DNA of 64,000 nucleotides, taken from positions 124,001 to 188,000 of the forward strand of contig NMRA01000285.1 of the NCBI GenBank assembly GCA_002633005.1, in the 5' to 3' direction. Origin of the DNA: Phoronis australis. Lineage: Eukaryota > Animalia > Phoronida. The translations under genes were made by a program, and so were the position numbers. Below are positions 1 through 15,000 of this stretch, one piece after another. The number at the start of each line of letters is the position of its first letter. Within the stretch, counting starts at the first letter, position 1. Under the pieces are notes generated by a model. The model was given only the letters and a program-made list of their open reading frames with translations, was not told the origin of the DNA and did not search any database.

Positions 1-31
1 GCCAGTGTCTAGTCCTTGTTTCCACACGCAG

Positions 32-3000
32 CGAGTCCTGACGAGGGGGTGGAGGTGGACAATGAGGCGGAGGAGGAACTCAATGAGTCTCCTGACTATT
101 CACACATACCTGATGACGGCCGTATCCTCACTATTACTCTACACAAGACGGACAAGTTGAAGACCAACCATCATATGTCTCATCCTATGGTCAGACTGCA
201 TATTGTTGACCAAGATACTGGACATTATTTAAAAAAACAGACCAGGTAATGTATTCCTGAGTCAATATGGAAGGCTACAAGTAAATGCAAATGTAATGTA
301 AGAACTCTTTATATATCCGATTTTTGTCAGTGTTGTGGAGCAGGCTAGGTGGTGTATATCTTGACTATTATGGAAATCTTGAAAGACCAGGCGAAATATA
401 ACTGGTCTTAATGTGTTATATATTCTTGTGAAACAGTACAGTTGTCTATGATTTATGATCAAACTACACATGTGAGCATCTTCCAGAGAACATCGCAGCA
501 TGGATATCGCTTTTCCCCGCCAAATTTTTTTCTAACACGCATTAGGTAACTCTTTGGGTTATTTCACAGTCTGCAGTTATCAGTTGTTTCACTCCTTGGT
601 ATAAACAGTAACAGAAATCGTCTCTGTCGTTACAGACAGAGGCAAGTGACATTTTACTATGAGAACCAGAACGACACTGTTGACTTCATCATGCCTGTCA
701 TAAGTCAACCGTTTGACTTCAAAAAGAACAGATCTATTGTGCCATGCTGGGAGGAGCAGATTATACTTAATGAGAATTTCAACTACTTTACCCAAGAGAA
801 ACCTAGAGTTATTATATTTTTTGAAGTAAGTATGTTCATTTATCAAAAATTAAAGACGTTTACTTTAATTTCTGTTTTTTTTTCGTAGAGTTATCTCCTG
901 TAAGATCGATTACACAGTATTCAGTTGTGGTCTGAGTTTTTCTAATTGTTTTTTAATACCTACGAAAGATGGCGTTGTTGTAATGTGGCAGTTTCATAAA
1001 TAGCATTCTGAGCATCTGACAATTCAACTACATTTTTGTCAGTACTGGAGTGCAGGATTTAGTGTTAAGAATGCACAGTTTTGGTTTGAGATGAACACCT
1101 GTGTCCTGTCAGTCACGGGGGTTCTGGTATTTGGTACCAAACAGGCTCCATAGGATTGAGGTTATGTAAAACGAAATTCTGCAGCTTACACCTTTCAGAA
1201 ATGCATTTATTAGAGTAATGTTACATTATTGTGTATCGTGTTGTGGTGTGTAAAGTAATTTTTTGTTAACAATTAGTTTTGGATTATCAACTGGCAACAC
1301 CTATTCCATTATAGATCATATTTTTGCTGCCATGAATCGTAGGACTGCAGGGTATCAGTAGTAGTAGGATTGAGACAGTTTTGGAAAATCTCTCCCATTT
1401 GCTCTTACATTTTTTTTCAATTGGTATCAATTTATTTACAAAAAAATGATGTTTCGTTTATCATTGGGGTGTGGTATGTCAAAACCTGCTTCCTGTTTTT
1501 GCAGGTACTGGACTTTGTAAGCATGAGTCAAGCAAGTTCACAGTTCAGGCTAAAGAAGGAAGACAGTGGTTGGCACAAAGTAGCCTGGGGCTTCCTTAAA
1601 GTAATGTACTTCATATTGTGCACTAGTTGATTAGATTTGCCATTCTTGGTCGTTTTAGGTGCAAGTTATTTTTCATAATTGCCGATTTTATTTGTGGCAT
1701 TCCAATAGCCCGATTTTTGCACTATTTACCCACAATGCTGTTCTCCCGTTCTGTCTCTCTCCCTCGCCCTCTCCCTCTCTCGCTCCCCCCTCTCTCTCAC
1801 TCCCCCTCTCTCTCTCTCTGTCTCTCGTGCTTTTATGATCATAGCACTAATTTATTGTGATGCATATCTCTGGTAGGTTTCATGCAGAATGCAAAACAAG
1901 AAAAACATGTTGGATCACCGTTTGCAAAAGATTTATTGTGTTTTTTTGGAAAAGATCAGTTGCCTTCAAAATTTTACAAAGTCTTACCCAGTATGCTCTG
2001 ATGAAGACTGGCATATCCTGTTCATTGTCTCTTCCCTATCATTTTGTGTTTTTGAAGACTGGCATATCCTGTTCATTGTCTCTTCCCTATCATTTTGTGT
2101 TTTTCATCATAAGCTCAAGTTACTTTTTATTTCCTGACAGATACGCGGTGCTAATGAAGTGTTCAATGTTGGCAAGAAAGTGCGGTTGCAATTGTTTTAT
2201 CCGTTTTACTCTTACAAACCAACTGGATCACAAGTTGAGGTAATGTTCGTCTTCTAGTTGATGAAAGATAGTCGAAATGTCTTGATTACAAATAACATTA
2301 GAACTTGCTGAAATATATCCTTTGACATGACGTCTGGTGAATGAGTTTTCTGCAACTGAACTTTGTATAGAAAGAGGCAAATTAACTCATTCTGACTGGG
2401 TTGTATTCAGGCTGGGGCTTTACACTGCAATAAATATATTTCATGATAGAGCATGACAAAGTTCTAGTTCGTGAACTGGGAATCGTTCAATAACACGTGT
2501 CATTTGCAAGACAGGCATGTTGAATTATTCTGTGTTAACTTAGTAGTTAGCGCTGTGAGCATTCTTACTACCATGTTAATTGTTTGAGAGCCCATGCAAT
2601 CACTTTCGCTGTGGTCATTCTGGAAGTGTCTGACTAGTTACGCCATCTGTTTTCTTGCTAGAATACTAGCATAATCTCGTGTAATGCTCATTTGACTCGT
2701 GTGACACCATGAGATAATTTCCTTTTCAACGCACTCACAAGTGTCTCATAATTTGATAAGCTCCGCAAATATAACAGGAAGTATCGATAATTTCACACTA
2801 TAACTAAACACCTTCTGCCGATTACAGGTATACCAATGGTGGTCAAGATTTGAGAGGACAAAGTATCCATCAACGCTCTATGTTACATTAAAGGGTATCC
2901 TGCCTCCAAATGATTTGGAGGCTGCTGAGAGGTCCATGTTCCCTTTACAGCCAGTAAGTTGTCCTCCACTTTCATGGTTTCTCATTTAAATTAATATTTA

Positions 3001-6000
3001 GCTTGTCATTTAGCTGAGTTATACTCCACCTTCATGGAAGTCACATTCACAACATCTGTATGCTGTTGAATTATTGAACAGTAGTGGCTATTCAGTTCCT
3101 TGTTGATCCATTGGATCTGTGGGGCAGTGGCACTCTACATATTATGGTGAGGCTGTCGATTCATTTCTGTGTCTTGATCTGTTCCAGTTTAAGCATTTTT
3201 TCATTTTAATGAGCTAGAAACTCGTAAAAATGCAGATCTTGTGTTGGTCTGTGAGATGTGACTGTGCATTGGAAGCAAAGCAAGTGATCGATCGCACTAG
3301 TGTCTTAGATCTAGGTAACGCACCACTGATGTATTTTTTATTGCAGGAAAAAGGCACAGTGTCAGTATTGGATTTTAAAACGTTCAGTGCAGGAGCAGAG
3401 CGAATGTACGTACCACTTAGATGTGACAAAGTGTTGAAGTGTGTGTAGTATGGTGCATATGATTATTTGATATTGTGTTGTTATTTGTGTAATAATGTGT
3501 TTCATGTAATATGGTGCGAGGTCACACTGCTCATGTCGCTGGCTTACTATCAAGTGTTTAGAATACCCTACTAGTGTCCCAAATAGTATGCTATCTCAGC
3601 AGACTTTGCTTGCCATATCAAAGAGCAGTGTCGTGTATCGGCAGACTTTGTTTCTGTGCCCATTTCTATCTTTTCTAAACACCCGATTGAATCCGCTGTC
3701 GATGGTGTTTTATACACAACTTTGCATCTCTTTAGTTGTAAAAACTCCAACAATATTCCAACTTTTGCAAATCGTTAATGTGAAACATACCCTACCTATG
3801 GCTAATATTTGAATGATTTGTTTTTAATGAATGTTTTGCAGTAAAAAGACAAAGAAAGAGCCAGCCCAGTGGAGCCGCCTTGCCGGACAAGGCTGCAAAG
3901 TACCAAATCAACTCATGCACTCATTGTCTGCTGGCAGAATGGGCTGCTTTGTTATTAGATTCTCACCCGATGGTAAACGTCTAGCGTGTGCAGGCCATGA
4001 TAAAACTGGCTACCCTATCTATGTTTATGAGGTAATTCTTCGAGTTTTTTTAAACGCTATTACCTTTTTATGTTTTTTTTTTAGTTTTTCAGGTCAAAGA
4101 CCTATCTTTGTTATTTTTAGTGTCTAATTCGAATACCAGTTGTGTTTCAAATACCTACAAGTCACTTAATGCAGTCATGATTTATTGCTTGAGAAATTTT
4201 GGTGTTACTTATTGTATTTTATTTACCTTCTGGTAAACATTTCTTGCCATCTTGTTACACTACACCTTTTGACTGTTTTTCATTTACCTTCAGGTTATCT
4301 ACACCACCACCTCGTTACCTGAAAAATGTCAATTAATGGCCTGTTGTCTTTCAGATTCCTTCAGGTAACTTGCTTGGTCATCTCCTGGGTCACTACAGTA
4401 TTGTCTATGACCTTTGTTGGTCTCGGGACAACACCAGGCTGCTCTCAGCTTCTTCAGACGGCACGGCCAGGTAACTTATCAAAACAACAATGTTTAACAA
4501 GTTTTGACGTGTTTGTAGGTGTGCTCAGTAATGCTAGTTATACACAGTGCACAGGCGATGAGATAGCATGAATTATGATGCAGTAGGAGTGGAAAACATT
4601 ACCTCTTACTATTATATAGCGATATGGTTTTAAAGCGACAGGAACTGTAGGGGAACCGTTTCAGCTTGTACTATAATATACGGACATACGTGAATGAGTT
4701 AGTCATGAATTATTCTTTCAAGAGAACATACATTGTTTCCTTCTCGTAAGTTTTCTTGCAAATTTTAGTTATTCTCTTTATGCAATTTTTTTTACTTCTG
4801 AGTGTTCTATATAAAGTTTTCAGTGCCTTTTGTTGACATGTTTTTAATACCGGTTGACTCGTGAGTTTCTTCCCCCTCTTCTCGAGATTTATCCCATCGA
4901 TATTTCAGCCAATTCAGGCTTCATTTTTGCCACTTCGTGTGTTCAAGCAGCTGACTTGTCTGTGTTTCTCATATGTGTAACTTTTTCTCATGTGACGCTC
5001 TATTCTGAGTGTTTACCCTTCGTGGTAAGATTGCACCTTTGTTGTGAAAATGCATTCAGATTTGAACTCTGCACTAGAGAATTATGTTGCACTAAATGCC
5101 TAAAATGTAAACTTTGGTTTGTTTTAGAGTTTGGAATATGGAGAAGCTTGCACCGATAGCTGAGCAGACACTTGTGCACCCCTCTTTTGTCTATTGTGCT
5201 CAGTTTCATCCACGGGTTCAACTTGTCATCGCCACTGGTGGATATGACCAGTCTGTTAGAGTCTGGAATTGTTCTAAAGATACTGCTCAAGCCAAGGCAA
5301 GTTCACCAGTGTAAAGGCATGCCAGTAGCATGTTCACTTTTAACTTTAAGATGTTCCTCAAACTGACATGATTTCATCAGACTAAATGTTACTGCCTATT
5401 ACATACAATGTCATTGTTTACATTTTCAGTGTTTAATGTTGTGTACTGTAGGGCGTGCAAGATACATATTTGTTTGCATTTTATAAGACACTTTTAAACA
5501 GATACGTGTTTACCAACTCCGTATAAAAGTTGTGTTGAGTCACTCTGTTGTTGACTTTAGTTTCAACCAATACAGCAGCCATGTTCACTACGACTTGAGT
5601 CAATTTTGGAAAGTGAAATACTGTTTATTTAAAATTCTGAAAAAGACTGAGTGGTGAGGACGAGAGTGACTAGTTAATTCACTTTGTGCTGTCCTACTTT
5701 GCTGACGTTAGTCACGACCAACTGATTAGAAGTTTATGGTGTTTTGCGCTTTATGTTCCAGTTAGCTCAAGAACTCAGTGGTCACTCTGGCTATGTCAAC
5801 AGTATCTGTTTCAATGAAGATGGAGACAAGCTGTTCTCAGGTGACAGTCTTGGTGTCATTAGAGTGTGGAATGTCTACGTCACTGATCAACCAACTCGAC
5901 GAGGTATTTCTTAAAACTAGTGATTGTTTGTTCATACTCCTACTCCCTCTAGTGGTCAGTTATATTGCCATCATCTCTGTCATGGGGTTGTGAAGACAGG

Positions 6001-9000
6001 CATGCCTATGAAATTGCTGTTGTTACATTTGTTCCTATCAAAGGTAAACGGCTTCCATCAAATCTTGCATTTATCCCACTACGGTTGTTCCCTTAGTGGG
6101 GATTTTAGTATTTAAGGTTAATAAAAAATGTTGTATTTTTGAAATTTTTGAAAATTCTGACTGTATTGGTTTTGTGCCTTTTCTGTAAATTTCTCACCTG
6201 CCTCCCTTTTTCCACACTGTTTTATGGATTGGCATTTGACTACAATTACTGCCTGTCAGGGAGGATTGTAGCTGCCAATTTTTATGCTGGCTGAGTATAG
6301 TCGCTCCACTTTGAGGCAGACTAAAGCACATTAAACAAATGGTAGACAGACTTTCAAAATATGATTACAAGTTTACACGACCAAAGCAAATACACCTCCC
6401 CTGGCTCATTTCGGCAAAACTACCATTGTTCTGGGTCCAAAATACTTAATTTTAAACAAAAAATGTGTGTACTCAATATTGAGCAGGTTGAATGAATTTG
6501 AAGCAAGTCGAGTCCAGTGCTGCATGTAAAGTCTATTAACACAACAATGAACTTTTCCACCCTCTCGAGAAGATGAAATGCACATGGAATCTTCCCAAGT
6601 ATCAGATTACTCACATTTTCTAAGTTATTTGTTGAAATGAAAGCTAAGCTCGTTAAAATTGGAGAGAAGCCGTAAATTGCTCCCTGTGGCAGTTCATCAG
6701 TATCAGACAAAAAAAAGTTCTTTAATGTGCTTTTTAGTTTCCTGGTTTGCTTAATTTCAGGTATTGTGAAAAGTTGGAGTTCTTACAAGGTGATTGAAGA
6801 CAGCGAAATTATGGTAAATACTTTGTAACTAAAAAGAGGCTGAAAGTTATTATTACTGGTTCAACTGTTGACCTACTTAAAAGTAGATCTGTAGTTCATT
6901 GTTATATGCATCTTATGCTGGGAGACTGATATGAAACCAAGTACGAAATGGACAACAGAAATCCAGTTGGTAGTTAAAACGCATCGTGACAATGACATTG
7001 AAATAGTGAATTGTCAAATTACCTAATATCAAATTAATGAATTTGGGTGAGAATTTATCTCTTTTCACAACTTGCTGTGTTTGTGAACGCGAAGTCATAG
7101 AGGCATGAGGCGACTTGGAGCATTCGTTCTCAACATTCGTATTCATGCAGACGCACAACTTCCTCAGGATTAAAGTTACGCTTTGCCTTCGTTTTCCCCG
7201 TCATCTTTTTATCATGTGTACAGCTCGTTGATACAATATTACGGAGTTTTGATGAACGAAAGGACCGAGGATACATACGGAGCTGCTCTATGCCTGGCAG
7301 GAGATTTGATTTGAGTGACAGCCCTGTAACTTTTGACCTGGTTTGTTCTGTTTCCACTTGTGATGTTTTGAGTTAAAGGGATACGTTTTGACGTGTGTGT
7401 TTGTGTTTTAAATATAAAATGCACTATTACTTGATAATGTATAAATTCAATCCAACTTTTGAAACTACTTATGAGCATTTCATGTGAATGCTTATTCAAA
7501 ACCCTCTTTCTCCTTATTATATTAAACTTAACATCAATATACAGATGTATACTTAGAATACAAGTGGCATAAGTAACTAATTAATGTTGATGTACCTCTA
7601 ATTTCATTTCAGGGTTCTCCTATCAACTTCCTGTGCATGCACCCTACAGGGCGGAGGTTACTGGTTCATAGTCGAGACAACACAGTTAGAATGATGGACC
7701 TCAGGCTGTAAGTATCTTAACAAAACCCTGCTGCCCCCTATGGTGGACACTGAATGATATTATATTAATAGTGATTAATCTTGGGACTTATATTCATGAG
7801 CAATCTTTTTTTGAAGCTGGTTTTGTAACTTGTTCCATGATGTCCCTTCAGTTGTTACATGGTTTTTAATTGGTCTTATAAAGCGCGTGTTCCGTAGATG
7901 TAAGACATTCGTGAGACTCGGTGATAAATCTTCTTTTATGGAATGGAAAAAATACTTGAAGCTTACTCCCACAATTTATCTTCATTCCTGCCTTGCCGAC
8001 CATTCATATCAGTAGCGTCCATTTTGGTGCTGATCATACTTATGAATTCACTTTTCACTTGGGTTTGTTTGCAAAACCTCAAAAAGATGCAGAAATGGTT
8101 GTGTCAAGTTGTTTTCCAGCTTTTGCCAAAACTTGATTGTCATTTTGCTACAATTTTTGTTACCTATAACCATTTACTCATAGCAAAATTAGGCATCAAC
8201 TGAAATTAACTGAGTTGCTATAAACTTGTGACCAGTCAAAGAAAATGACATTCATTTAGACCATTTGTCACTATAAAATTGGTCTCTGCTTATTCCTAAC
8301 TCAGAAAATATAAGTGGTTTCTGGTCTTGGAAAGTTCGGCATTTGGTTATTACTCAAGGCCATGATTAGCGCATAATATGACTTGTGGTCGCAGTGACAA
8401 TCCAACTTGTGAACCTGAAGTTAAACTATCTGTCAGTTGTTTTTGAGCCCAGAAGTCACCTGTAATTTGACTCAGGAACAATTTGAGGTCAATTTCATAA
8501 TAGTCAGGTCTACATTATAAGTTTTTTTAGGTTTTGTTTCCACTTAAAATCTGTTTCCCTTGCATGAATTATGTCCACAACTCAAATTTTATTTATAACG
8601 GAATGATTTTTAATTGCTAAAACAAAATATGGTTGCAACGAAGATGAGCTTACCTTGACAACGAAAAATAAAAAATAGAATGATTTAGCTACCAATCTTA
8701 TTCATCACAGAAGAGTGAGGCTAAGACAAAGGGGAATGAAAAATATTTAAAGGACACCTTTAGCTCCTAACTTTTTGATAATTGATACATTTGTGGTGAC
8801 ACTTTGCTTTTTGGTATTACGCTATTACTTTAAGCAATCTTTAAAATTTTCAGATTTGCTGTCATGCAGAGGTATCATGGTGGCCTCAACTTCAGGGAAC
8901 AATTAAGAAGTTGTATTACACCCTGCGGAACCTTTATAATGGCGGGCAGTGAGGACTGTACTGCTTATGTGTGGAACGCTGAAACTGGTGAGTGTCCTGC

Positions 9001-12000
9001 TCACTGAGTGCCTGCTGAAACTAATGACTGAACAATACGCCTCTTCAATTTTACGTGCACTTATGCAAATACGGTACATACTACCAGTGCATATCAAAAT
9101 TCACAATTGTTTGACAAAGAATTGGGAGGGGGCGCTGCATTTAGAGTCACTTTGACTTGCAAATAGTATTTGAATTTCGACAAAACTGGTTTTGTCAAGT
9201 TTAGATAGCGAAAACGCAGATGGAAACCAGATGAATGCACTTACGACATTTGGAAATTAGCCGGGACTTACTGCTTTGAATTCTGCATTTTTTTAAGAAG
9301 AAGAAATATTTTTGACACTTTGTACTATATATTACTTTTTAGGTGACCAAGTTGCCATGTACGCTGAGTTGAACTTCAAACATCCGGTGTCAGATCTTCA
9401 CTTCCACCCTTATGATCACATTGTGGCCTTCTGTTCGTTTGGAGAAAACCATCCAGTTATGATCTACAAGTACGATCCACAAGGTACGACTGGCATTCCA
9501 GGAGTTGATCAATAATTAGCTTAAGTTATGCTCAGCTCCAGCTCCATCTGGTGGTGAATATACAACTTTTACATTATTAAGTTGCATATGCCATCCAGAT
9601 GTTGCATGGTTGAATGATTTAAAACCAAACTATTTCTTTGGCACATAAGACCACATATCCAGAGTACATGAAGCAACTGATATAAGTTTGCATAATCATA
9701 GAAAGAAGTGTCTTTCTGAGATCAGGTCACCTCCTTATCAAGGGGGGATAAATCCAGGCATGTTTTATGTCAAAAACCATCCGTTGATTTAAGGCACTTA
9801 CTGAACAGTTGTAAATCGGTTTCATCCTGTTCCCTAGTCAGATTATCATGAAAATGCTTTATTCTGTAGAGTTATCCAGTTCAGTGTATTGTTTGACATC
9901 GGACCTTGATACCTTGGTATTTAATTGTCTTTGTGTGTTACATGTTTAGCTGCTCAAAAAGAACTGGGGATTAAGAGTGTTGTGAAGAAACTGTTCAAGC
10001 CATCCGGTGTGAGTCGCAGGCCTGATGGAACACTTATACAAGATGAACTGACTGGAATGTAAGACCATTTCTCCATGTTGCTAACTACTTTCACTTCAAG
10101 GGGCACCACGTGTTTCACCAGTCATTGTTTGTAACAGGATTTTGAGTTTTATTATTTTATTCAGTGAAGCTGTAAATGCCATGAATTTTATGAAAACCTG
10201 AACCTAGACATTTGATGATACATCTTGTATCTGCATGTAAACAGTGGTGAAATAATGGTAGTTTTCTTTTATTGAAACTTAACAGAATCAAAGTATGGAA
10301 ATGTACACATTATGGTTTTGCTGAACTCGAGATTTTCACCTTGTTGAATGCATCTTAGACGTTTATTTATTTTGTTCTGTCATTCTAGGGACATCAGTAC
10401 GCCTCATACCATGACAACAGCCGACTTCTCATTGGCCGAAACTGCCAGAAAGGACCAAGTGATAAAGAAGCTAAATGCTGTCAATTCATTTGTATGTATA
10501 ATTTGACTCTTCATTATGCTGAAAACACCACATGGTCCTCCTCTATGTGATGTTTAAAGTGCAGCATTTCGCTGTATTTTTTGTTGCAAAAAGGGTGCAG
10601 GCAGGCTGGGTGTATAAGACATTCTGAGGGCACTCAGTTGCGCCCACTGCATGAACGTACTGAACAAAACTCATGAGAGTGTTGTTATCAATCAACAGGC
10701 TCTTCATGAAGTTATGTAGGCTGCCTGTCTCTTTTCAGAAATTGGACAAAGTTTTCCATTTGTTGTTGCCATACAGTATATGCAATTTGTATGTTATGGT
10801 GCTTGATAATCAGCCTACAAAAAGCTGGGCAAGACTCTACCAGGTTTTTAGCGTGTGCCCTTGAGATTTGCCTCTGTTGGGTTAGGTTAAAAAAATCTGT
10901 TAGAATTCTCGTCTGATCCACAATGTATCAAAACTCACAAGATTTTTTAACTTTTGGTTGATCATATTGGGAAAGTTCTCTTTGGTTTGTCAAGAGTTAC
11001 GCAGTGCCCATTGGGCTGCTGACTGGGTATCTACCCAGTTGTGTACAATCATTGTGCATCATCTTGAACTTACTGGGATATTATGTTACTTAACAGAGGG
11101 AACAAGAATTGTGGAATCTCTTATAGAGTCTCCTCACTTAGTATTTATTATAATTGTATACCCCTATCTCGTAAAATAAAAAGCAGAATATTTATGATAA
11201 TGTCATACAAATATTATTCTCCCTAATGACAAACATCTAAGGGCAATAGTCAGATGTAACATGCCCACATTTTGAGAAACAGTTTGATGCCCGTTATTCA
11301 GTGGAGAAAACTGGTTCTCAAAATGCGGGCATATTGTATCCAACTATTGCCCATAAATGTTTATAAAAGACAGTACAGTGTTTTCTCCTCCTCCAGATAT
11401 CCAGTGCTAGGCAGACGCCGTCTTCTAAAACAGGCATGCCAAATGGTGCAGACCAGACAGGCACATTCGACAGCACCTGGGGCTCTACATTTGATCAATC
11501 TAGTGACTTTTTGACAATGCTGCAGTCTCGTCCATTGGTGTGTATGTTATACTTGCATGTTTTGTACAGAACTGTTATTGTGTCCCACTTACAGGGGTGG
11601 GGAGGTGAATGTATTGCAGATTGTACCACATGCTACATTGTGTGATTTAGTGGTGAATTGTATGCATCCAGTTTAAAGAAACAATGTTCACATTAAGGTG
11701 TTGGAAACTTTGTGCAAAGATTCTAATTAATGGCATTTTGATTTAGATAATATTATGTGTTTTCAATGAGTTAAAATGCAGTTCGCTAAACAAAATTTTG
11801 AAACTGATTCATTTTCCTGGTTCACATATTTCATTTCTCTGTCTGTTATTGAGCACAGTAGGTCTGAACATTCGTCTTCAGTGCTCAGCTAGAACCTGTC
11901 CAACACTTCCCTATAGTTCATCAAAACCCTGTTTATCAATAACCTACAGTTAAATTGATTGTTGTCTCCAGGGCTCTAATGTGACTGCTGTGTCCCCTCA

Positions 12001-15000
12001 TGCACCAACCTCTCTACTGTCTACCATGCATAAACAGCAGTTTACTGCTCAGATAGAGTACAACCGACAGTCATCAATGGGATGGAGGCCAGGCTTCAAG
12101 CCAGGTCAGTCAACAGCTAACAGTGTCAACACGGATTGTTGTATTAAAGACTGTGATCTGATCTTAGATAACTTTCATTTCAATGCTCACATAGTTCATC
12201 AATGTGGCTCTTTAAGGTGGGCAATGTAAAAACTCGTCAAATTAACGTAAGTTACGTTTTTCACTGTGTGCCGCATTAATGTTCCACACTACCATCATAG
12301 CTATGACCTGACTTACAATGTTTGATAGTACTGACCCCTGTTGAGCATTCAGTAAATAACAATAAATGTTAATTTTTGTAACATGGTTCTGGTGTCCTAA
12401 TGCTTACTTATTGTTCTAATTCGTCACATGACTCTGTGGGTCAGTGTTTGTACTTGGCTTGCTACAACCTGGAGTTTGTTTCATGAAAAGTGACGTAAGA
12501 CTTAAGACTGAAATTTGGTCTTGCGCTCCACACAACTATTTCAGAAAATTTGTTACGTGTCACTTGAGCGAAGTGCAAAGTCTCTCAGTATATGCTCATA
12601 ACTGCCAGTCACTGAGATAATTTTTACAAATCATTTCTAGACCACGATGCTCTTATAATTACTTGGCTGATTCTTTTTTCAGAAACTGTAAAGTGGGAGT
12701 GCGAGACCAAATTTGTGTCTTTAGTCCTAAGTCACTTTCATGAAATAGACCCCTGCACTCAGTGCACCAGGATGTTCAGGATAGCATTTTGAGTCTAAAG
12801 GTGGCTATAAACAGCTTATGTCTCCGTGGTCTTTTAAACCTCCCTATGCCCAGGGCTTTGGTTCAAATGTATAATATTTTTGCATTGTGTCTCATTGACA
12901 AAAATGTTTGAAAAATTTCCTAAAATAATAGTCTTTCTTACTTTGACATTTCTTGTTTCATATATCTTTGGTAGGAAGTTTGAAAGAAGGGAATGAAATG
13001 TTAATTTCATGTTGGCAGGAACTATCGTTGATTTGCATAATCGTGTTGTTTTCTATTGATAATTGGCGTGAGTGTGACATTGGGTCTGTTTGTGTTATAT
13101 TTTGTATTTGGTTGGGCACTTGTACATTGATCTTGTTTTGTTTCAGTTGGCAAACAAAGTACTGCTCACTATGGACGGCCACCTCAGTTGTCTTTGGATG
13201 CAGTAAGTTCTTTTTTGCAGTCTGCAACATTAAAACCATGTAAGATGCAGTGATTAAGAAATCCATGAAACGTAGAGCCATGTGACATCATTGAATATGA
13301 TACATTAGTACACTAATCATTCTCAGGGAGAAATACCGGCTGCTCAAAATGCTTGGATTTATTATACAAACGTGGACCGTTTTTGAGGGCAATGTTTGAT
13401 TATATGTACTGAATAAGAGTAGCGTGCCAGAGGCTGAGGTCAACATTGCTGGCTTGCAACATCCGCTTGTAATAGAAGTCATTGTACTGCGTTTTAGCCA
13501 ATTTGCGCACAAGAGTGTCTGGTTGCATGATAGATTTTTGCATTGGCATACAAAGTACTTCTTGCAGTTTTTGTTGTATTATGATTTCGTAATACATTAA
13601 AGTATTTTTAAAACAACCATCCAGTTACTCTGTATATGGCGTGGTTGCTTAACCAACCAACCAATTTCTATTTGACTGGCAGTCCTATTTTTTTGATTTG
13701 TTCAGCAGCACTTATGAGATTTCATCTTGAACGTTGATGCCAAATGAAATTTGGTCAAGTTATGGATACCAGTGTTTCGCTATCTGAATGTGCCTTTTTC
13801 CTAAATTTTACGAAAAAATACATGGCCACATGACCCAGTTATTAGCGAATTAGTAAAAAGACAACAATCAAGTTTTACAGGCTCTTTAATTTCAATAATT
13901 TCAATTATAATGTTATACTTCTCCTGAATTAAAAATTTATAGTCTTGTAGATGTATGGCTAATTGTACAGACTTGCCATTAAGGACCATAATGTGGGTGC
14001 ATTGTTGCCATTAAGGACCATAATGTGGGTGCATTGTTGCCATTAAGGACCATAATGTGGGTGCATTGTTGCCATTAAGGACCATAATGTGGGTGCATTG
14101 TTGCCATTAAGGACCATAATGTGGTTGCATTGTTGCCATTAAGGACCATAATGTGGGTGCATTGTTGCCATTTTGCAGAAAATAATGTTTCTGAAATGAA
14201 AACTTAGCATTTGACCTATTTCAGTACATGTCATTCATGTGCAATAAAACAGTTGAACGTATATGTTCTGGGTGTTGTGGAAGCTCTAAAGATGAGATGA
14301 AGGATGCCCCAAAAGCAGAAAGGTCCATCTGTGAAAGATTAACATTAACTGCATTGCAATAGCTTTGGCGTCAGCTTTCGCTTCCTCAGGGCCACTTCAC
14401 AAACTCATAGATATGTACAGTTTTGCCGTGGTTTTTGGTTTACTTGCCAAGCAGAAATTGTGATTGTGTACATTACTGTGCATTATCTCCAAATTTCATC
14501 CTTTTCAGTCACACGGCAAGCCTCACTTCTCATTTATCGGTACCCCGTCCAAGGTGACTGCAGCCAAGCAGGTGCAGGTAAATGTTTTTCTCTTCTATGT
14601 TGAGCTTGGCTACACAATTAATGCTCTTTGATAATTGGCTTTAAGTGTTTCTGTCTGACATTGTTCTCATACTCCAGTGTTAGAGAGGAGGCAGTGTGGC
14701 CTAGTGGGATAAGTGTACATTTTTGCTGTTTTTTTTTTGCGTCCAACCCTCTATCAGCCAAACCGCTCAAAGGATGATTGTGAAAATTGGCATGTATGTG
14801 CTTACTATGAGGAGGACAGTTGACGATGATTTTCCGACGATTTCGATTACTGTGGCGCCTCCTAGTGTCCTAGTGACAGTTTTGTTTTTTTTGCACCTAT
14901 GGCTGTATCTCCTAAACCGTTCGCAGGATCTTTACGAAATTTATTAAGTATATTTATATGATGTTAACAACAGACGCTGACGACTTTTGGACAGATTCGA

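Noticed and set aside
6111-6725. Possible TTAA-flanked DNA transposon remnants here and near 54860-55335
   Set aside because: Could not establish matching terminal inverted repeats by eye.
13973-14171. Regular 32-bp repeats (also the 36-, 28- and 53-bp arrays) as CRISPR arrays
   Set aside because: Head-to-tail units without unique spacers, no cas genes, eukaryotic introns: ordinary minisatellites.
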